DNA of 45,716 nucleotides from Anaerolineae bacterium (GCA_035693785.1 DASSFZ010000153.1:1-45716); one strand, 5' to 3'. Numbered from the stretch's first letter, positions 1-8,470 are shown. Notes: generated by a model from the letters alone, not told the origin. Translations and numbers: made by a program.

Positions 1-58
1 CGGCGGCGTATCGAGCCTACTATCGTCGCGCTGATGCTCAGAAGCTGGTCGCGCGGCA

Positions 59-82
59 GTAGGGCGCGTTTCCATACGCGCC
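59..82. repeat. GTAGGG-headed GC stem-loop repeat (copy 1 of 4 in window)
   Basis: gtagg gcgcg tttccata cgcgc c: GTAGGG head followed by a 6-bp GC stem. The same head-plus-hairpin layout recurs near 17676, 19553 and 27455. Confidence 0.45.
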
Positions 83-155
83 GCAAATGGGCGGCTATGG
101 AAAGCCGCCCCACGTTCGGCCTGACATCTTCTGCGTGCACACGTGGAGGGGGGAT

Positions 156-635
156 ATGGACGAAGTCGCCAAAAAGACGGTTCTGCGCTGGTTCACCTAC
201 GGACTGCACGCCGTCACGGCCGCGCACGGCGGTGAGAGCGCCATGATGACGGCCAATTTCATCACGCAGTCGGCGTTCACGCCGCCGCACGTGGCAATCG
301 CGGTCGAGTTGGACAGCAAAACGAATCGCCTGATTGAGGTCAGCCGTGCCTTTGCCGTCAACGTGTTTGCGAGCGACCAGCGCGACCTGGCAGGCCAACT
401 GGGAAAGAAGTCGGCGAAAACGCCCGGCAAGACGGACGGCGTCGCCTGGCAACCCGGCCCGCTCACCGGATCGCCGATCGTCGACTCGTGCTTGGGCTGG
501 CTGGAATGCCGCGTCACAGGCTCAGTACCGTCGGGCGATCACGTCGTGTACGTTGCGGAAGTGGTGGAGGCAGGCGTTCAGCGTGAGGGCGCGCCGCTGA
601 CCATGGCCGAATCCGGTTTCAAGCATTCGGGTTGA
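156..635 (+). CDS. Flavin reductase-like FMN-binding split-barrel protein
   Basis: ORF 87..635. The internal ATG at 156 follows GGAGGGGGG. The sequence (FTYGLHAVTA..MTANFITQSAFTPPHVAIAV..FAVNVFASDQRDLAGQ..GDHVVYVAEVV) resembles the flavin reductase domain family (PF01613-like). Confidence 0.7.
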   Translation: MDEVAKKTVLRWFTYGLHAVTAAHGGESAMMTANFITQSAFTPPHVAIAVELDSKTNRLIEVSRAFAVNVFASDQRDLAGQLGKKSAKTPGKTDGVAWQPGPLTGSPIVDSCLGWLECRVTGSVPSGDHVVYVAEVVEAGVQREGAPLTMAESGFKHSG

Positions 636-643
636 GTGGGCGC

Positions 644-952
644 ATGCCAAACTTCGGCGTGACGGTTGCCGTCATTCACGACCGGCAAGTCTTGCTGACC
701 AGGCGGGAAGACTTCCGAGTGTGGTGTCTGCCCGGCGGGGCGGTGGAGTCAGGCGAATCGGTGGCCGAAGCCGCCATGCGCGAGGTGCGCCAGCATGCTA
801 CCTGGCCGTTCGCGCAAGCCACAACGCGGTCGCAGGTTTACGCTCTGCTTCAGCAAGGGGCCGTGCCAATTGAGCAGTTACAGTCGTATGTCTGCAAGTT
901 GCCCCAGCCGAACGATGAGCTGCTGGAAGTGCCTGGGGACTCGTTGCGCTAG
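644..952 (+). pseudogene. Nudix hydrolase remnant, apparent internal deletion
   Basis: The N-terminus is Nudix-like (VAVIHDRQVLLTRRED..WCLPGGAVESGESVAEAAMREVRQ). The Nudix box breaks off after REV(R)Q, where E-E-T-G is expected, and the product is only about 100 aa. The remaining about 55 aa have no Nudix-fold features. Confidence 0.5.
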
Positions 953-957
953 AATAA

Positions 958-986
958 AGACGCCCGACTGGATAAGTCGGGCGTCT
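958..986 (-). terminator. Intrinsic terminator downstream of ssrA
   Basis: agacgcccgac-tggataa-gtcgggcgtct gives an 11-bp perfect stem. On the minus strand it is followed by TTTATTCT. It lies 3 nt after the tmRNA CCA end. Confidence 0.75.
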
Positions 987-989
987 GCA

Positions 990-1378
990 TGGTGGAGATG
1001 TCGGGAGTCGAACCCGAGTCCGAAGAAGGTGACCACGCATGCCTACAAGCTTAGTCGGTTGCTCGTGTCTCACTCGGGCGACCTCAACCGACAAGGTACC
1101 GTCCGAGCCAGCCGATGGTATCTTTGGCCCGCCCCATCGGCGTCAGGCGGGCCGCATGCCGGCATTGTCACGCCCGGCCCTCGACCCACCGGCGCGAGGT
1201 CGAGGCGGACGGGTCACCCGCAGGCGACCGGGCCTTCTTCCCGCTTATGCAGCGAGAGGAAGAGCCGCGTAGTTGGTGCGGTTGGCACCTATAGTTTGCT
1301 CCGTTGTTGACGAGGTTCAGAGCGCCCCGGCTTGCCACACGTGACTCGACCATTCCCCGTCGAAGCCAGTGCATCCCC
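990..1378 (-). ncRNA. ssrA: tmRNA (SsrA)
   Basis: Minus-strand 5' end is GGGGATGCACTGGCTTCGACGGGG. The 3' end is GGACTCGGGTTCGACTCCCGACATCTCCACCA. The acceptor stem GGGGATG/CATCTCC includes a G3:U wobble. The internal tag frame is GCC AAC CGC ACC AAC TAC GCG GCT CTT CCT CTC GCT GCA TAA (1286..1245), encoding ANRTNYAALPLAA. smpB lies 1 kb upstream. Confidence 0.93.
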
Positions 1379-1389
1379 ATGCAACAATT

Positions 1390-1418
1390 ATTATAGCCCG
1401 GTTACGCCTATTATGCAA
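1390..1418 (-). promoter_or_regulatory. Candidate sigma70 promoter for ssrA
   Basis: Minus strand reads TTGCAT (1418..1413), a 17-nt spacer, then TATAAT (1395..1390), ending 11 nt upstream of the mature tmRNA 5' end. The -35 box overlaps the stop codon of the NYN gene. Confidence 0.6.
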
Positions 1419-2286
1419 TGGCGTGGCCCTCGTTGTTTTGAGGCTGCTCGCCGTTCTCAGTCATGCGGCTGAGGACGAACTTGACCTTAGGGTGTTCCTC
1501 GTTGAGCCAATACGAAGTGACGCTATAGCCCAGGTCGGTATCGATCTCTTCGGGCAGGAGCATTCTATCGGCGACGGCGGCTTCGAGCGCCGTCTTGGCT
1601 TCGTCCAGATCGCCCACGCGGTTCGGATTCCGGTCAGACGCCAGCTTCTCGGCCAGGAAATTGAACGAGCGGTAGCGTCGATCTCGGTGATGGTAGATGG
1701 ACCGGACCAGCCTGATCTCGTCTTCGCCGATATCCATCGTGTCCGGCGCTTCTTCAGGCAGCGCGGCCGGCTCGGGCGCCCGCCTGATTTCTGGCTCTAA
1801 GCCCACCGGCGGCACGAGCGGATCGAGCGCGTCGGCGGCGGCGGCCAGATCGCGACTGACGGTTTCCGGCACGCCCGAGATCACCACGCGCTTGCCGAAT
1901 CGGTGGCGGGCCATCGTCACCAGCCGGATCAAATCGCGGTCGCCGCTCATCAGCATCAGCGTCGAGATGGTCGGCTTGTCCAGCAGCAACTCGAAGACGT
2001 CGAGCACCATGGCAATTTCCGGCGAGGATTTCTTGCTCTTATTCTTGCCCAGGCCTCCCTTGGGAATATCACGCACATCGATGCCGGCCACTTCGAGGCT
2101 GCGTCTGAACTCCAGCGGGTGCTCCGAAAAATCGGCGTAGGCTTTCGCGGCCACGACCCGCCCATACGTTCGCGCTTTCGCCATCAGTTCGCGCGGCTCG
2201 ATTTCCTTGCCGCGCTCGTTCAGCAGGGAATAACGCACATTGTCGAAATCGATGAAAAGAGCGACACCGTCGCTTTCTAACGACAT
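1411..2286 (-). CDS. NYN-domain (LabA/DUF88-like, PIN-fold) protein with an extra C-terminal domain
   Basis: N-terminus VALFIDFDNVRYS..YGRVVAAKAYADF..LMLMSGDRDLIRLV..GKRVVISGV fits the NYN/LabA pattern (PF01936-like). An acidic/proline linker is followed by about 100 aa of unassigned C-terminal domain. GGAGG precedes the ATG. Confidence 0.7.
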   Translation of the reverse strand: MSLESDGVALFIDFDNVRYSLLNERGKEIEPRELMAKARTYGRVVAAKAYADFSEHPLEFRRSLEVAGIDVRDIPKGGLGKNKSKKSSPEIAMVLDVFELLLDKPTISTLMLMSGDRDLIRLVTMARHRFGKRVVISGVPETVSRDLAAAADALDPLVPPVGLEPEIRRAPEPAALPEEAPDTMDIGEDEIRLVRSIYHHRDRRYRSFNFLAEKLASDRNPNRVGDLDEAKTALEAAVADRMLLPEEIDTDLGYSVTSYWLNEEHPKVKFVLSRMTENGEQPQNNEGHAIA

Positions 2287-2382
2287 GCAAAGCCTCCATT
2301 TCTAAAGGATATCAAGAATTCGCAAACAGTGTTACAGTCCAGCCGATTCGGTTGTTAAAGTGCGTGGTTTTCGGATAGGCGC

Positions 2383-2871
2383 TTAGCTGCGCCGCTCCTT
2401 CAGTGAGCGATCGATTTGCCGCTCGGCATCGCGCTTCGCGATGGCCTGCCGCTTGTCGAACTGGCGCTTGCCACGCGCCAGCGCGATTTCGATCTTGAGG
2501 CGCCCGTTTTTCAGGTACATCCTCAGCGGAATGACCGTCCAGCCGCGCTCGCGGGTCCCTGTTTCCAGCCGCGCGATTTCCTTCTTATGCAGCAGCAGCT
2601 TGCGCGAGCGCAACGGATCGTGGCCGGTGCGGCCTGCCGGATCGTACGGCGCGATGTGCGTGTTCACGAGGAACGCCTCGCCGCCGCGCACTTGCACGTA
2701 GCCTTCCCGCAGGTTGGCGCCGCCCTCGCGAATCGACTTGACCTCGGTGCCGAGCAGCGCAATGCCGGCTTCGAATCGCTCGTCGATCGCGTAGTCGTGA
2801 CGCGCCGCGCGGTTCGTCGCCACCACTTTCACGGCCGAGCGGTCTGCAAGGGGCGCTTTGGGCTTTGCCAT
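2383..2871 (-). CDS. smpB: SsrA-binding protein SmpB
   Basis: VATNRAARHDY.I.ERFEAGIALLGTEVKSIREG..L.EGYV..GEAFLVN.HI.PY..RSRKLLLHKKEI..L is the canonical SmpB pattern. Confidence 0.93.
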   Translation of the reverse strand: MAKPKAPLADRSAVKVVATNRAARHDYAIDERFEAGIALLGTEVKSIREGGANLREGYVQVRGGEAFLVNTHIAPYDPAGRTGHDPLRSRKLLLHKKEIARLETGTRERGWTVIPLRMYLKNGRLKIEIALARGKRQFDKRQAIAKRDAERQIDRSLKERRS

Positions 2872-2904
2872 TCCCAGCTCCGAGCGGGCGTGCCGTGCCC
2901 CACT

Positions 2905-4170
2905 CTATTGCCCTGTCCGCAGGAGTTCGATCGCCCGGTCGAGCTGCGGATCGGTTGCCGCATCTTCGCCCGGCTCGACGACGATGTCTGGCTCCAGACC
3001 CTCGCCGTGGATCGCGCGGTCGTTCGGCGTGAACCAGCGCGCGATGGTGATGCGCAGCTCGCTGCTGTCCGACAGCGTGTGGATGCGCTGCACCGATCCC
3101 TTGCCGAATGTCAGCGTGCCAATCAGCGTGCCCCGGTCGCGGTCCTGCACCGCGCCGGCGACGATCTCGCTTGCGCTGGCCGAGCCGCCGTCGACGAGAA
3201 CGATCAGCGGAATCTCCTCGGCCAGGTCGCCGTCGTCGCTGCGGTACACGTCCTCCGCTCCGTCGCGCTCGCGCTCGTACATCACGACCCCTTCGGCCAG
3301 GAACAGGTCGGCCACGTTGATGGCCTCGTCCAGGAAGCCGCCCGGATTGCCGCGCAGGTCGAGAATCAGGCCGTTCGGGTTGCGCGCCAGGAGGGATTCG
3401 ATTTCCTGGGTAAGCTGTTCCGTGGCCGTCCCGTCGAACTGGGTGAGATTGATATAGGCGATGTCCGAGCCGATCATGCGAGATTCGACGAGAGGTATCT
3501 CGATCTGGGCGCGCGTCACCACGACCTCGAACGGTTCCTCGACGCCGGAGCGCACGACCGTCAGTCTGACGTCGCTGCCGGCCGGGCCTCTGACCAGGGC
3601 CACCATTTCGTCTAGGCTCAGCCCGACGATCGAGCGGTCGTCGACGGCGATCACCTGGTCGCCGGCCCGCATGCCTTCCTGCTCGGCGGGCGAGCCTTTG
3701 AAGACGCGCACGAGCTCGAGCGCCTGGCTTTCGCTCAGGTTGACCAGCGCGCCGATGCCGCCGTAGCTCCCCGTTCGCGCCTCGCGGTCCAGCTCGGCGA
3801 TCGACGGTTCCAGAAAAGTCGTATTCTGATCGTCTAGCCGCTGGAGCATGCCTCGGATCGCGCCGTAGACAATCTCGTTATCAGACGGTATCTCGCCGAA
3901 AAACTCGCTCTGGATGAGATCGTATGCTTCTCGAAAGATGCCCAGCTCCTCGTCGATGCTGCCATCGTCCAAGCCGGTCGCTGCCGTTGGCGTGCCGGGC
4001 ACGGGAGTCGACGACGGCGCGTCCGGCGTCGGGCTGATGATAGCGGCGACCGGCGCGGCCGGCTGGCTGCGGCCGGCATTCAGACCGACGACGTACATCG
4101 TCGATCCCACCGCGACGATGACGATCACCATGAGTAACCCATACAGTAAATTACGTGTGCCGCGTTCCAT
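2905..4170 (-). CDS. S41 family C-terminal processing peptidase (PDZ-containing), paralog 1
   Basis: N-terminal TM helix and a PDZ segment (GSPAEQEGMRAGDQVIAVD). S41 core motifs LDLRGNPGGFLDEAI, VDGGSASASEIVAGAVQD and TFGKGSVQ are present. Confidence 0.88.
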   Translation of the reverse strand: MERGTRNLLYGLLMVIVIVAVGSTMYVVGLNAGRSQPAAPVAAIISPTPDAPSSTPVPGTPTAATGLDDGSIDEELGIFREAYDLIQSEFFGEIPSDNEIVYGAIRGMLQRLDDQNTTFLEPSIAELDREARTGSYGGIGALVNLSESQALELVRVFKGSPAEQEGMRAGDQVIAVDDRSIVGLSLDEMVALVRGPAGSDVRLTVVRSGVEEPFEVVVTRAQIEIPLVESRMIGSDIAYINLTQFDGTATEQLTQEIESLLARNPNGLILDLRGNPGGFLDEAINVADLFLAEGVVMYERERDGAEDVYRSDDGDLAEEIPLIVLVDGGSASASEIVAGAVQDRDRGTLIGTLTFGKGSVQRIHTLSDSSELRITIARWFTPNDRAIHGEGLEPDIVVEPGEDAATDPQLDRAIELLRTGQ

Positions 4171-4232
4171 ATAAGTCCTTTCTTAGCTGCTCGGCCCGCA
4201 CGCGCCAATTAAGCTGGGATTTCGCACTCCGT

Positions 4233-5429
4233 CTATGGAAGTATCTGTGTCAGATGCGCTACCGCCGCGTCAAGCGCCGGGTCCCGCCCGGCGGCGCGGT
4301 CATCTTCGCTACGCGCCACTGGAATGTCCGGCCGCAAGCCCTGCCCGTTGAAGTCGTCATGGCCGGGTGTATACCACTCGGCTGTGGTGATGTGCAGCGA
4401 AGACCCGTCCGACAATGCGTAGATGCTCTGCACCGAGCCTTTGCCATACGTCGGCTCGCCGATCAGGATGGCGCGTTGACGATCACGCAACGCGCCGGCG
4501 ACGATCTCGCTGGCGCTGGCCGTGCTGTGATTGACCAGCACGACGAGCGGCATATCTCGGGCGGCGCCGTCCGCGGCGGCCGTGAACTGGCGCTCCATCT
4601 CGTCGCGTTTGCGCTCGATCAAGACGACCCCATCGATGAATTGCCCGGTCACGTCGACGGCCGCATCCAGGAGGCCGCCGCCGTTGTCGCGGATGTCCAA
4701 GATGAGCGCGCGCGCTCCTTGGCCGCGCAGGTCTTCGAGGGCCTGCCGCACTTCGTCGGCCGTACGATCGGTGAACAGACGTATAGAAATATATCCAATG
4801 TCGGGCGTTTCTGCGAGAACTCGCCACATCGTCGAGGGCGGCGCGACATTCGCGCGCTCGACTTCCACGTCGAACGCCTGCCCTTCGCGGACGAGCGTCA
4901 GGCGTACCCGGCTTCCGACGTCGCCGCGCAGCAGCGCTTCGATCTCGTCCAGCCGTGGCAGTTCTGCAACCGGCTTGCCGTCGACTGCCGTCAGTTCGTC
5001 GCCTTCGACCACGCCGGCGCGGGCCGCCGGGCCGTCAGGGTAGGGTGAGAGCAACGTGCGGCCCGCCGCGTCCCGACGCACGTCGGCTCCGACGCCGCCG
5101 AACTCCCCGCGCAACTGATCCGATTCAAGACGGGCAGCCGGCGGCTCGATCAGCACGGTGTATTGATCGCCGAGGGCAGCCAGCATCCCGCGAATCGCCG
5201 CGTAGGTACGGGTCTGTGTCGGCGGGAGCGTGCCGAAGAAATGTCGATCGACGAGCTGCCAGGCCTCCTCGTACAGCGCGCCAGACGGCGCGCCCGTGGT
5301 GGCGGCCGGCTCGCCGGCGACGGGGGTCAACAGCCCTGCGACATAACCCAGCCCCATCGCTGCCAAGACAAACAAAACGCCGGACATCCGGCGGAAGGTC
5401 GTCGTTCTCACGCGAACACACTCACGCAC
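4233..5429 (-). CDS. S41 family C-terminal processing peptidase, paralog 2
   Basis: Same architecture as paralog 1 (LDIRDNGGGLLDAAV, VNHSTASASEIVAGALRD, TYGKGSVQ). The start is uncertain: GTG at 5429 or ATG at 5387. Confidence 0.85.
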   Translation of the reverse strand: MRECVRVRTTTFRRMSGVLFVLAAMGLGYVAGLLTPVAGEPAATTGAPSGALYEEAWQLVDRHFFGTLPPTQTRTYAAIRGMLAALGDQYTVLIEPPAARLESDQLRGEFGGVGADVRRDAAGRTLLSPYPDGPAARAGVVEGDELTAVDGKPVAELPRLDEIEALLRGDVGSRVRLTLVREGQAFDVEVERANVAPPSTMWRVLAETPDIGYISIRLFTDRTADEVRQALEDLRGQGARALILDIRDNGGGLLDAAVDVTGQFIDGVVLIERKRDEMERQFTAAADGAARDMPLVVLVNHSTASASEIVAGALRDRQRAILIGEPTYGKGSVQSIYALSDGSSLHITTAEWYTPGHDDFNGQGLRPDIPVARSEDDRAAGRDPALDAAVAHLTQILP

Positions 5430-5530
5430 CCGTGCTAAATGAGCATTCTAGCATGCTTCAAAGTCGCCGACAAGCAGGAGAGGGATGTGCACGCAAATGC
5501 TGACATCTTTTGCGTGCGCACGGAGAGGGT

Positions 5531-6346
5531 TCAGTTCCGGCGCGCCATCTCCGCTCGCGCCGCGCCGATCACTTGCCGGATGGACGCGACGTCGTCGGTG
5601 TCGGGCGCAAGCCCCAGGTACGACTCAAGCAGGTCGATAGCGCGCCGATACGCGCCCTGGCGGAAATGAATCAGCCCCAGATCGCGCACGGGTTCGCCCG
5701 ACGCCGGGTCCAGCTCGATCAGTCGCTCGATCACCGGTTGGGCTTCGCGCAGCATGTCGCGCTGCACATATGTCGCCCTGAGGTTGTGCAGCATGCGCGC
5801 CAGGATCTGGCGCCGTGTGACGGGAAGAAGCAGGCTCCGGCTGAAGGGCAGGTCGCCTGCCGTTCGTCGCATCAGGCGAGCGCAATCCTCTTCGTCGAGC
5901 ACGCCGCCCTGGTGAAACGGATCGATGAACCAGGTGCGTGATCCTGAGTCGCAGCGGATGATGAAGTGGCCCGGCAGCCCGACGCCGCTCAGCGGCAGCC
6001 CGACGCGCCAGCCGATCTCCAGGTAGATGACGGACAGCGCGATGGGCAGTCCTCTGCGCCGGTCGATGACTTGGTTCAAGTACGAATTGCGCGGATCACT
6101 GTAGTCCGGTTCGCTGCCTTGAAAGCCCAGCCTGTCGAACAGGAGATCGGTCACGATTCCGAACGATGGATCCGATCGGCGCGACTCGACTGCGACTCGA
6201 ATAGAGCCGGCCCACGTGTCGAGCTGTCGCACGTACGCATCCGGATCGATCTCGGGATAAGCGTCGCGCGCGAAGAGCAGCGCGGCCCGCGCCAGATCGA
6301 TCTCGTCGTCGGGTACGGATACGGCGGTCGCGAATTCTGTGGTCAT
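5531..6346 (-). CDS. SirB1/YchA-like transglutaminase-like plus TPR protein
   Basis: DLARAALLFARD.YP..D...Y...LD.W...... followed by RRGLPIALSVIYLEIG.R.GLP..GVGLPGHF and a C-terminal TPR-like tail. This matches the UPF0162/SirB1 family pattern. Confidence 0.65.
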   Translation of the reverse strand: MTTEFATAVSVPDDEIDLARAALLFARDAYPEIDPDAYVRQLDTWAGSIRVAVESRRSDPSFGIVTDLLFDRLGFQGSEPDYSDPRNSYLNQVIDRRRGLPIALSVIYLEIGWRVGLPLSGVGLPGHFIIRCDSGSRTWFIDPFHQGGVLDEEDCARLMRRTAGDLPFSRSLLLPVTRRQILARMLHNLRATYVQRDMLREAQPVIERLIELDPASGEPVRDLGLIHFRQGAYRRAIDLLESYLGLAPDTDDVASIRQVIGAARAEMARRN

Positions 6347-6463
6347 GCGCCCTCGGACGGAACCTGTTCGAGAAATAGCGCGAGCGGGGCGAACCCGCTC
6401 GTGCTATACGCGCCAACACCCATTCGCGTGTGCGTTCGAGATAACATGCGTCTGAACGAGGGC

Positions 6464-6805
6464 CTAGTACAGCCCCCATTCCGCAGGAGGGCCGCCCTCC
6501 ATCATCGACGGCTCCCACATCTCCATGCCCAGCGTGATCTTGACCGGACCTTGCAGATGCTTCTCGGCGGTGCGGCGCGTTTGTTCGAGCAGCGCCGGGC
6601 CGTACGGGCAGAACGGGGTGGTCATGATCATCGTGATTTCAGTCAGATCTGGATGAAAGTCGATCTTGCGGATCAATCCCAGCTCGACGATGCTCATACC
6701 CAGCTCGGGGTCGACCACGTCGCGCAGCGCGTCGCGCAGGCCGATTTCCTGTTCGCTGTACTGGATGCCGGCTTCGGCTGTCGTGTTTTCGGCGATGTCG
6801 GACAT
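6464..6805 (-). CDS. DUF59 (SufT/MIP18-like) Fe-S assembly protein
   Basis: LRDVVDPELGMSIVELGLIRKI......ITMIMTTPFCPYGP is the typical DUF59 (PF01883) motif with its conserved Cys. The gene is adjacent to sufR and the suf operon. Confidence 0.8.
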   Translation of the reverse strand: MSDIAENTTAEAGIQYSEQEIGLRDALRDVVDPELGMSIVELGLIRKIDFHPDLTEITMIMTTPFCPYGPALLEQTRRTAEKHLQGPVKITLGMEMWEPSMMEGGPPAEWGLY

Positions 6806-6814
6806 GTCGTCTCC

Positions 6815-7444
6815 CTACGGATTCCCATCGAGCGCGGGGGCTTTGACGTGGAAGGTGCACACGTTGTCGCCATTCAGAATCCAGGATTGGCGCTCGACCT
6901 CGGCGCCGAGCGCGGTGTTGATCAGTTGCAAGTCGATCGCGCAGATGCTGGGATGCCGGGCGGCGACGTACCGGTACGGGCAGCCGCACTGCGTCAATTG
7001 AAAATCCTGGTCGATCTTCTCAACCCGAGCGAAGAAACCTTCTTCGCCGAGAACCTCGACGAGCGTCTCGATCTTCTCCTCGAGCGATCTGTCTCCAAGC
7101 TCGGCGCCGTGCTCCGCAGTGATGTCCTCGACCATGTGGTTGAATATGGCCTCGATCTGCTGCGCCGTCAGTTGAGACTGCAGCGCGTCGAGCAAGCGGT
7201 CGGCGAGCCGATGCGTCGATTGCGGGAAAAGCTGAAGGGCCGCGCCGGCCAGGGAGTATACGTACTTCGGGCGGCCTACTCCCTGCCGGAGTGGCTCCGA
7301 GACAATCAGGCCCTCGCGCTCGAGCCTGCTCAGGTGATAGTGTGCGTTGACGGGCGTCGTGTCCAGGGCTACCGCAATATCGGCAGCGGTCGCTTCGCCG
7401 CGCTCCCGCAGCAGATTGAGAACAGCGCTTCGATTATCTTGCAT
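6815..7444 (-). CDS. sufR: SufR-like ArsR-family HTH regulator with a C-terminal Cys cluster
   Basis: Winged-helix region VLNLLRERGEATAADIAVALDTTPVNAHYHLSRLEREGLI. The C-terminal Cys cluster reads QCGCPYRYVAARHPSICAIDL...CTFHV. It is divergent from sufC. The ATG at 7444 was chosen because the predicted promoter (-10 at 7484..7489) lies downstream of the longer ORF start at 7504. Confidence 0.65.
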   Translation of the reverse strand: MQDNRSAVLNLLRERGEATAADIAVALDTTPVNAHYHLSRLEREGLIVSEPLRQGVGRPKYVYSLAGAALQLFPQSTHRLADRLLDALQSQLTAQQIEAIFNHMVEDITAEHGAELGDRSLEEKIETLVEVLGEEGFFARVEKIDQDFQLTQCGCPYRYVAARHPSICAIDLQLINTALGAEVERQSWILNGDNVCTFHVKAPALDGNP

Positions 7445-7483
7445 GCGTCGTGAATCCGACTCCCAACTCCCGCATTCGAGTAG

Positions 7484-7564
7484 AGTATACACGGACTTAC
7501 CCAATCTGTCAATATTTCAATTTATTTTATAAGTATTGACAAACTCGAATCGGCGTGTTACAAT
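7484..7564. promoter_or_regulatory. Back-to-back divergent promoters (P-sufR / P-sufC) built on an inverted repeat
   Basis: Plus strand: TTGACA (7536..7541), 17 nt, TACAAT (7559..7564). Minus strand: TTGACA (complement of 7507..7512), 17 nt, TATACT (complement of 7484..7489). Both -35 boxes lie in the arms of the perfect inverted repeat TGTCAATA (7507..7514) / TATTGACA (7534..7541), which are separated by a 19-nt AT-rich spacer. Confidence 0.7.
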
Positions 7565-7619
7565 CCGCACGAACACTGAGCGACCGTGCAAACCGTGCAG
7601 TTGGAGGAAGAAGCGCCTC

Positions 7620-8453
7620 ATGGCCGATAAGCTCGAAATCCGCAATTTGCTTGTGAAGATTGAAGATAAGGAAATTCTCAAGGGCGTGACCCTGACCGTC
7701 GAGCAGGGGCAGGTACATGCCCTGATGGGGCCGAATGGCTCGGGAAAGAGCACGCTCGCCTACGTCATCGCGGGCCATCCTGGTTATCAGGTGATTGAGG
7801 GCGAAGTCGTCTGGAAGGGTCAGAACGTCCTTAATTTGAGCGCCGATGAGCGGTCGCGTCTAGGGCTGTTCCTGGCGTTTCAGTATCCGGTGTCCATCCC
7901 TGGCGTGACCGTCGCCAACTTTCTCCGCACCGCGCTCAACGCTCGCCGGAAGGTGGGGAATGGCGCCAGCGGCGGCTCGAGCGGTCCTCTCGTGGCGACT
8001 CAGGCGGCGGGCAAGAAAGGCATCTCCATCCCCGAGTTTCGCAAGCTGCTGATAGCGAAGATGAAAATGCTGAAAATGGATCCTGCTTTTGCAGGCCGCT
8101 ACCTCAATGAGGGCTTTTCCGGCGGCGAGAAGAAGCGCAACGAGATTCTGCAAATGGCCGTCCTGGAACCGGAAATGGCGATTCTCGACGAGACGGACTC
8201 CGGGCTGGACATCGACGCCCTGAAGCTGGTCGCCGAGGGCGTGAACACGCTGCTCGGCCCGAATATGGGCGCGCTGGTCATCACGCATTATCAGCGCCTG
8301 CTCAACTATATCAAACCGCATGTCGTCAGCATCATGTACGATGGGCGGATCGTGTTGACCGGAGGTCCCGAGCTGGCCCTGGAGCTGGAAGAGGGCGGCT
8401 ACGAATCGATTCGCATGCGGCTGGGACTGCCATCCGTTGCGGAGCCTGCTTAG
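7620..8453 (+). CDS. sufC: Fe-S cluster assembly ATPase SufC
   Basis: [51 protein letters not shown] and [14 protein letters not shown]. The ATG at 7620 follows GGAGGAAG. The longer ORF start at 7536 overlaps the promoter. Confidence 0.92.
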   Translation: MADKLEIRNLLVKIEDKEILKGVTLTVEQGQVHALMGPNGSGKSTLAYVIAGHPGYQVIEGEVVWKGQNVLNLSADERSRLGLFLAFQYPVSIPGVTVANFLRTALNARRKVGNGASGGSSGPLVATQAAGKKGISIPEFRKLLIAKMKMLKMDPAFAGRYLNEGFSGGEKKRNEILQMAVLEPEMAILDETDSGLDIDALKLVAEGVNTLLGPNMGALVITHYQRLLNYIKPHVVSIMYDGRIVLTGGPELALELEEGGYESIRMRLGLPSVAEPA

Positions 8454-8470
8454 GCAGGCAAGGAGAGGAG

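Noticed and set aside
1-990. Genomic island integrated at the tmRNA 3' end.
   Set aside because: No duplicate of the ssrA 3' segment and no integrase lies in the 990 nt available downstream of ssrA. Only the damaged Nudix gene hints at past rearrangement, and the window edge prevents a real test.
2416-3615. 399-aa plus-strand ORF opposite smpB and the first S41 protease.
   Set aside because: It is antisense to genes with clear family motifs. Its composition (R/A/G/H/D/L-rich, low complexity) is typical of shadow ORFs in high-GC DNA, and I recognise no family motif.
5966-7453. 495-aa plus-strand ORF spanning the SirB1-like, DUF59 and sufR genes.
   Set aside because: It runs antisense across three independently supported minus-strand genes and their intergenic gaps. 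This is a high-GC shadow ORF.
7536-7619. N-terminal extensions of track ORFs: sufC from 7536, glpF from 25212, M20 peptidase from 31326, glpK from 22541, cyclase from 27637, PF07929 protein from 39303.
   Set aside because: The extensions overlap promoters or neighbouring genes, lack family similarity and lack ribosome-binding sites. Internal ATGs with good Shine-Dalgarno sequences match the family N-termini.
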